Shown here in pieces: positions 55,871 to 64,000 of a stretch of DNA of 64,000 bases. Origin of the DNA: Eledone cirrhosa. Its lineage: Eukaryota. Position 1 is the stretch's first letter. The number at the start of each line of letters is the position of its first letter. Made by a program: the position numbers and the translations under genes. The stretch lies in NCBI GenBank assembly GCA_964016885.1, contig OZ024743.1, positions 287,618,001 through 287,682,000 of the forward strand, read 5' to 3'. The notes beneath the pieces are model-generated. The model saw only the letters and a list, made by a program, of their open reading frames with translations, was not told the DNA's origin and did no database searches.

Positions 55871-56630
55871 AAGAAGAACACACCAACGTTGGGGGTTAAG
55901 GTAGACAAGAGTACGCAAGTGACGTGTCTCAACAGATGTTTCAACATTGCACTCCCGAATATCTGGCTGTAACCAGATCTCACCAACATCCTTCTTCTCT
56001 TGCCCATCTGTTTCACTTCATTTTCTTCCGATACTCATTAAAAGCTTTTAACCTATTCGCTTGCTCTTTCTTGCTCTTTCTTGCTCTTTCTTTGCTCATT
56101 TTTGCCTGCAATCTCTTCCCCAACACCCAACCATCGTTTAACCTTCACCTTGACACGAGTTCGTCTTGTCTTCTCTCGTCTCCTCATAGAACTAACACTA
56201 AACTGAAACACACGGTTATCATATGTGTTCTATAAAATACTATAGTGACAACTTCATAAATTTCTATGATACACTGGGATTTATATCATTTCAGATGATT
56301 CTGTTTATTTTATTCTATTTTATTTTATGGTATTTTGTTACTGAGAATTTTCGCTTCTGAAACACCTATTATTATATACATACATACATACATACATACA
56401 TACATACATACATACATACATACATACATACATACATACATACATACATACATACACAGAAGCACACACACACAACCGTACACCGTCACACACACAACAC
56501 ATATATACACACACACATACAAGCACACACACACACATATATATATACATACATAACTGGCACCAACAAACCTACCATCAGCACAACAACCATCGTCAGT
56601 GTACATATAATCTATCTATCTGTCTGTCTA

Positions 56631-56695
<65 letters not shown>

Positions 56696-56696
<1 letters not shown>

Positions 56697-57140
56697 GAGG
56701 TTGTATGGTGGACAAGGTTGAAAGGGCTGAGGTCAGACACCTTTCTCTCCGGCCAACAACTGATTCTTTTTTTCAAATACCACTTTGGAAGAAGAATCAG
56801 GATGGAGAGAGAGGTGCTGTACCCCAGCAAGTTTTATGAAAGGTGGGTGAAAGGGGCGAGAATGGCCCGAGTGAATGGGCCTTCTCTCTATATCAGCCTG
56901 TAGGTTGAGGAAAAGGAGGAGGAGAGGAAAGGAGTACAAACTCTTCGTACTCCTGGAGATGAGGGTTGCACATTTTTTTCGGGGGTGTGTGTTACCCATA
57001 TAAACTGTCTCCCTCTATTGGGGAAAATCGACTAACTTTTTAAATTCCATTTGTGATAACATTTTACACGTTTTTATTGTATGTAAACTTCCCCCTTTGT
57101 ATTTGTCCCCTTCTTTTGTGCCCCTGTGGCTAATAAAGAA

Positions 57141-57142
<2 letters not shown>
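56696..57142 (+). mobile_element. Tx1 3' fragment, subfamily A, in (ATCT)n
   Basis: Near-identical to 33262-33706; TATC repeats on both sides. Confidence 0.92.
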
Positions 57143-57223
<81 letters not shown>

Positions 57224-57259
57224 AATCTATCTATCTATCTAACTGTTTATCTATCGGGT

Positions 57260-57895
57260 AGGACATTGAAACTGTCTTGCACGCAATTGTACACTGCCCG
57301 GGCGTAACCGACCTGTGGAACTATGCAGAACAACTGCTGTCGCGTATGGGTCAAATCCAGTAGACTGCTGAGTCCATAGTAAAGATCAAACCGCCAACTT
57401 CTTTCAAAAACGAAAGAGAGGCGGTTTTCCTCTGTATAGTGGCTATGGTAAAAGAGATTATATGGTCGACGAAATTGAGAGGACTGAGGACAGATGCCTT
57501 TCTTTCCGGACAACAACTCATTCCCTTCTTTAGGTACCACTTTAGAAGGAGAATCAGAGTGGAGAGAGAGGCACTGCACCCCAGTAAATTTACTGAAAGG
57601 TGGGTGAATGTGGTAAAAATGGCCCGTGTGATTGGGCCTTCTCTGTATATAAACCTGTAGGTTGAAGAAAAGAGCAAAAGGAAGAAAGGCGCACTTGCAC
57701 AGCACGCTCCTGAAGTTGAGGGTTGTTCTATCTACGGTGTATTAAACAACCCATTTGTGGCGCCTCCTGCCTATTGGGGATTTTTATTGTTAAATTTGTT
57801 TGTTTCAATATTTTTACACGATTGTATGTAAAACCCCCGGCATATGTCTTTGTTTTGTCCCCTTTTCTTGTGCGCCATTGTGGCTAATAAGAAAT
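57260..57895 (+). mobile_element. Tx1 3' fragment, subfamily C, following an (ATCT)n tract
   Basis: Similar to 40824-41459; ends AATAAGAAATCTATCTATCT. Confidence 0.9.
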
Positions 57896-58090
57896 CTATC
57901 TATCTGTTCTTCATCTTTCTCTTCTTTCGGTTCTCTATCTCTTCTCACTTTCTCTCTCAAATCTCACTCTACAAGAAAATTCCTATTTCATTCTAATGGC
58001 GTACCATACGAGCTCCTCTTTTTAAGAACTTCCGATTTATCCGCTGTGAAGGAACGACATTCCACATGGTCTAGGTGATCCGAGGATTTT

Positions 58091-58131
<41 letters not shown>

Positions 58132-58228
58132 AGTGTGTTTGTGCGTGTTTGTATAAAACAATCAACATCTAGGTATCTAGGATGTAATATGGCTACAGAA
58201 TGTTTCGCATAATCATATCATTATTACA

Positions 58229-58412
58229 TGGATTGGCAGTATCGGTAGAGGGTCGGACACCATGCTTTGGCGCATAGTTACGTCCCTTTATGATCTGAGT
58301 TCAAATCCCGCCGGGGTTAACTTTGCCTTTCATCCTTACGTGGTCGATAAAATAAAGTACCAGTAATGTACTGAGTAATTGCTGACCTTGTGCCAAAAAA
58401 TAGAAACAATTA
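58229..58412 (+). mobile_element. tRNA-derived SINE
   Basis: Same family as 55463-55677. Confidence 0.85.
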
Positions 58413-58416
58413 TTAC

Positions 58417-58460
<44 letters not shown>

Positions 58461-58466
<6 letters not shown>

Positions 58467-58662
58467 ATTTAATATAGAAATGGCTTCTACAGGACTAGAA
58501 CTGTTTCATTTGAAAGAAATCATCAGGTAAGCTCTGATGATTTCTTTCGAATGAATCAGTTGTAATCTTGTAGAAGCCATTTCTATATTAAATTTGATAT
58601 TTACCCTCTACTAATGTATTGAGTACCTTACTTACTGTGGTTGCACAGTAAGTTAGGTACTC
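58461..58662. repeat. Inverted repeat of two divergent hammerhead-like cores plus a strong downstream hairpin
   Basis: Arms 58461-58526 / 58534-58600, each starting CTGATGATTTCTTTC; hairpin GAGTACCT..CTTACTGTG/CACAGTAAG..AGGTACTC at 58621-58662. Confidence 0.75.
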
Positions 58663-58673
58663 ACGCACACACG

Positions 58674-58704
<31 letters not shown>

Positions 58705-58786
58705 TCACACATATACAAATACATAAGTACAAACATTTTTATATATATATACATACATACATGCATACACACACATACACAGAGAC

Positions 58787-58855
<69 letters not shown>

Positions 58856-59104
58856 CGTGTGTGTGTTTGCGTGCGTATATAAGAATATAAGATTCTGAAG
58901 AGAGACTATCAAACAGAGATGGATGAAAAAGAGAAGCAGTGTGTATATGTAGATATATAATTTTAGAAAGGGAGAGAAGTATCTAAAAACGCATAACTCA
59001 TACAAAAATAAGAGACAGTCAGACAGATAGAAAGATAGATATATAGATAGACAGACACACGCACACATATATATATATGATAAACACATATATATATATA
59101 TTAT

Positions 59105-59184
<80 letters not shown>

Positions 59185-59320
59185 GACAAGTGCGATATTT
59201 CTGCTTATGTGTTCATACGTTCATATGGGATTCAATTTTACCGTCTGGTTATAATTATTCATGTTTTGTAGATTATGTAATTATTTCCTTCCAATTTACA
59301 CGTGTATGTACATTAATATG

Positions 59321-59394
<74 letters not shown>

Positions 59395-59559
59395 TACATA
59401 TGTTCATATATCTGTAAACATAAAAATTATATGTAACCATATGTGCTTATATGTAGACACATGTGATTAAATATGTAGGCATGTATATATACATGTATAT
59501 GTATATATATATGTGTGTGTGTGTGTGTATATATATATGTATATATGTATGTAAGTATG

Positions 59560-59622
<63 letters not shown>

Positions 59623-59905
59623 TGGTATATGTATACATTTGTATATGTACGGAATGGCCTTTCTTTCAAACATGTTATATCTAAAACACGACTGTGTTCC
59701 TGTTTGATGATTTTAGTTAAGGACTTTTCGTTTTTCTTCATTACTTTATGCTTAATTTGGAATAGTAGCTTCCTTAAATCTACGTGTGTATTAACGTTTC
59801 GAAGCCTTCACAGTTCTATCCATGGTCATACTAATGGTTTATTGATCACGTGCTTAGCAAATGTTGTAATAATATATGTATGCATGCATGTATGTATGTA
59901 TGTAT

Positions 59906-60324
59906 GTTCTTCTGGTTTTATAATTTCACAAAGTTTTACCAATAGAGAGAGAGTCGGTTTCTAACAGACACAAGACTTTCTCATTGGAATGTACACAACA
60001 TCAACTAGGTAGATATGTATGTATGTATGCATGCATGTGTAGATATGGATGTTATTGTATGTGTGGATGTGTATGTTTTGAGTTGCATGTGTGCATGTGT
60101 ATATGCTTTGTATCTTTATATGTGAATATGCAGTTATTAGATGCAACATTTTTGGAATGTTTTACATATTTTTACTGTTCCATTAATGGATTGTACTTGT
60201 AGTTTCCTAACTAGTTGTGCTCGTTCTGTTCCTGTGAATCCTAGTTTCTCAAGATTTGTATTGAGGCAGTTACTAACATTTCCCAGTGCCCCAACAATCA
60301 CAGGCATAAATCTGAAGGTGTAAT
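59906..60324 (-). mobile_element. 5'-truncated R4/Dong-like element, same subfamily as 6024-6482
   Basis: Aligns end-to-end with 6024-6445; same 3' end ..ACCAGAAGAAC|ATAC; (ATGT)n on both sides. Confidence 0.85.
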
Positions 60325-60415
60325 TATGTATGTATGTATGTATGTATGTATGTATGTATGTATGTATGTATGTATGTATGTATGTATGTATGTATGTATG
60401 TATGTATGTATGTAT

Positions 60416-61022
60416 GTCAGGTCACCAGTTGGTGCTACTGGTAACATGTATCCCAGTACAACATGTCTCATGGCCGGGTCGTTGGCGGCTAAACTGGCAA
60501 CCCCACCAAGGTTTCTTGGTGAGGAGGGTGACTTTGGACATCCTGCATGACTAAAAAAAAAACCTGTCAAAGGGCAAAGGAGCTCTTAAGAGTCAATGGC
60601 CATCCAAAATCACCGGGAGAGATGACCCCTTAGCCTTTGTCAAGGCAGAATTCTAGGAGAAGGAAAACTCTGATATAACACCTGCAACCCTGATGGTATC
60701 CAATGATGTTGACTTGTTCTTCTCTTTGGTAAATATCATCTTGGTTAAGAGAGTGGGACTGGCTTTGTGCAGTGCCTTTGCTCCTATAAAAGCTTCACGG
60801 CACAGGCATTGCTTTATATCTGGAGATCTCTCTGCACCTATCGTCACATGGTACCATGGGCCCAGCACTATGTGTCAATAATTGTCACAAGTGTAGTGTT
60901 TGTACCAGAGTTTTCAAGTCGCTGGCTGGACTAAAAAGTCACACTCGTTCAGCGCATCGGTAGGAGTTCTCCTACATGGATATAAAGAAGTGGCCATACT
61001 CGAAAACGAGTTGGCAGCCACC
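60416..61022 (+). mobile_element. Full-length (~607 bp) bipartite RTE-derived SINE
   Basis: 5' part homologous to RTE 5'UTRs (7139-7540, 1755-1975); 3' part carries a zinc-finger remnant and the RTE 3' stem-loop; (ATGT)n on both sides. Confidence 0.9.
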
Positions 61023-61088
61023 ATGTATGTATGTATGTATGTATGTATGTATGTATGTATGTATGTATGTATGTATGTATATATGTAT

Positions 61089-62100
61089 GTCAGGTCACCA
61101 GTTGGTGCTACTGGTAACATGTATCCCAGTACAACCTGTCTCATGGCCGGGTCGTTGGCGGCTAAACTGGCAACCCCACCAAGGTTTCTTGGTGAGGAGG
61201 GTGACTTTGGACATCCTGCAGGACTAAAAACAAAACCTGTCAAAGGGCAAAGGAGCTCTTAAGAGTCAATGGCCATCCAAAATCACCGGGAGAGATGACC
61301 TCTTAGCCTTTGTCAAGGCAGAATTCTAGGAGAAGGAAAACTGATATAACACCTGCAACCCTGATGGCATCTAATGATGTTGACTTGTTCTTCTTTTTGG
61401 TAAGTATAATCTTGGTTAAGAGAGTGGGACTGGCTTTGTGCAGTGCCTTTGCTCACTATAAAAGCTTCACGGCACAGGGATTGCTTTATATCTGGAGATC
61501 TCTCTGCACTTGTCGTCACATGGTACCATGGGCCCAGCACTATGTATCAATAATTGTCACAAGTGTAGTGTTTGTACCAGAGTTTTCAAGTCGCTGGCTG
61601 GACTAAAAAGTCACACTCGTTCAGCGCATCGGTGGGGTTCTCCTGTAGCAGTGAATAAAATGTATTTTCCTTCTGCGGAGGAATGGTGTTACGGAGGTAA
61701 GTTGGCTGAAGTGTGAGCCAATCAAAACCTTCGGCGCACTAATTCGACTGTCCAGAACTACGTCACCAGTGTGAGCGGAGGTGACCAAGAGAGTCATTAG
61801 TCTACACGCACCTCTCTTATCGACAAGACCAGGCTACACTCATCGCTGCTAACAACATCTCCATCTTGCAATGAAGCGGACCAAGCTACATCCTACACAT
61901 GTAGATACGACCTGTACCTAATGTATCCGTTCAACATGTACGACTAATAAATAGAGTTACAACATCGATAATGGATTTAGTCAATGTTCTAAATGCCTTC
62001 TGATCTCTTTTATGTATATTAAGAATTGACCCTAAAACCCGTTATACTCCTACATGGATATAAAATAGTGGCCGTACTCGAAAACGAGTTGGCAGCCACC
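61089..62100 (+). mobile_element. Second full-length RTE-derived SINE, interrupted by a solo LTR
   Basis: Same 5' start GTCAGGTCACC; CSVCTRVFKSLAGLKSHTRSAH; resumes at 62047. Confidence 0.9.
61644..62046. mobile_element. Probable solo LTR (~403 bp), Gypsy-like
   Basis: Interrupts the SINE; starts TGTAGC, ends GTTATA; 4-bp TSD CTCC; CCAAT and AATAAA inside. Confidence 0.7.
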
Positions 62101-62154
62101 ATGTATGTATGTATGTATGTATGTATGTATGTATGTATGTATGTATGTATGTAT

Positions 62155-62457
62155 GTTCTTTTTGGTAAATATTATCTTGGTTAAGAGAGTGGGACTGGCT
62201 TTGTGCAGTGCCTTTGCTCACTATAAAAGCTTCATGGCACAGGCATTGCTTTATATCTGGAGATCTCTCTGCACTTGTTGTCACATGGTACCATGGGCCC
62301 AGCACTATGTGTCAATAATTGTCACAGGTGTAGTGTTTGTACCAGAGTTTTCAAGTCGCTGGCTGGACTAAAGTCACATTCATTCAGCGCATCGGTAGGA
62401 GTTCTCCTACATGGATATAAAGTAGTGGCCGTACTCGAAAACGAGTTGGCAGCCACC
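62155..62457 (+). mobile_element. 5'-truncated RTE-derived SINE
   Basis: Third head-to-tail copy between (ATGT)n tracts. Confidence 0.88.
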
Positions 62458-63019
62458 ATGTATGTATGTATGTATGTATGTATGTATGTATGTATGTATG
62501 TATGTATGTATGTATGTATAAATATGCATGTATGTATGTATGTATGTATGTATGTATGTATGTATGTATGTGTGTGTTCTCGTGTGTGCTATGTGTATGT
62601 GTGTGTGTGAGTGTGTATGTGTGTGTATGTGTGTGTTTTTGTCTGTGTGTGTGTATGTGCGTGTGCGTGTATGTGGTTGTGTCCTTTTCATAACTCCTTA
62701 TTTGAAAGCATAAAGATGAAACTTCATCTTGGAGTGTAATATGAAACTGGACATTATAAAATATTTCGAATTCTATTGAATCATATTTTAAGTTTTGAAA
62801 TATCAATTTTCTTGCTTTTCATAGGTGTGGACAGATTTCAAACGTATATTTATAGGCTGACTCTGAAGAAGTGATGCTAGAGCTGTGAAATCTTGCTTGC
62901 ATTAATTTCAACTTTTCTTATTAATAACTGCATTATTTCTTTCCAGGGACTATGTTGAAGAATAAACCTAATTTGGTTATTTCATGAGAGTGTCTTGATC
63001 AGCCTATAAACATTTCAGT

Positions 63020-63515
<496 letters not shown>

Positions 63516-63722
63516 CTCTCTCTCTCTCTCACACACACACATATAAACATACTTACACATGTATATCTATATATCTATATCTTAATGACAGAATGAAAGA
63601 CATTAATTTAAATTAATAGACAAATTCATTGTGACAAGAAAGAAAGAGAAAAATAGACGTATATAGAGATAGATAGAGAAGAGAGGGCGGAGGGGGAAGA
63701 GTGTGATTAATTATGAAAAAAT

Positions 63723-63764
<42 letters not shown>

Positions 63765-63772
63765 TATATATA

Positions 63773-63829
<57 letters not shown>

Positions 63830-64000
63830 GTGAGAGAGAGAGATGTGTAAGATGGATGAATTCAGAAAAAGGACTGATAACAAGTTTGATTTAGTTAGAT
63901 AAAGAGACAGAGGTAGAGAAAGCGAGAAAAAGTGGCGAGAAAGAGGAAAGAGAGAAGACAAAGATGTGAATAAGAGGGAGCTAGAAGCGATTTAAAAAAA

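Noticed and set aside
60420-60500. Canonical HDV-like ribozyme (GCUAA followed by ACUGG pairing with CCAGU)
   Set aside because: No proper P3/L3 with CC for P1.1, and the P2 pairing is broken in the 7139 version; kept only as an unclassified structure
62848-63010. Hammerhead from the TTTATAGGCTGA/TCAGCCTATAAA stem plus CTGAAGA
   Set aside because: No correctly placed GAAA, stem III and cleavage triplet

Overview
This is a repeat-saturated, AT- and microsatellite-rich animal genomic window. The tRNA-SINE families and repeat style point to an octopod cephalopod (inference). I see no credible host protein-coding gene, and most track ORFs are microsatellite artefacts. Non-LTR content: a near-intact RTE LINE with three C2H2 fingers, an internally deleted RTE, five copies of a bipartite RTE-derived SINE, three R4/Dong-like and one CRE-like restriction-endonuclease fragments, seven Tx1 (L1-clade) copies and several Penelope-like elements (PLEs) with type I hammerhead ribozymes. 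Also present are non-autonomous Helitrons (one CTAG|TC head-to-tail junction), a hAT MITE, a solo LTR and many tRNA-SINEs. The main signal is apparent partitioning of microsatellite niches. Tx1 sits in (ATCT)n, PLEs in (AT)n, and the RTE and its SINE end in and stack in (ATGT)n. The R4-like element sits antisense in (ATGT)n tracts, two of which are RTE or SINE tails. Coordinates are hand-read and may be off by a few bases.
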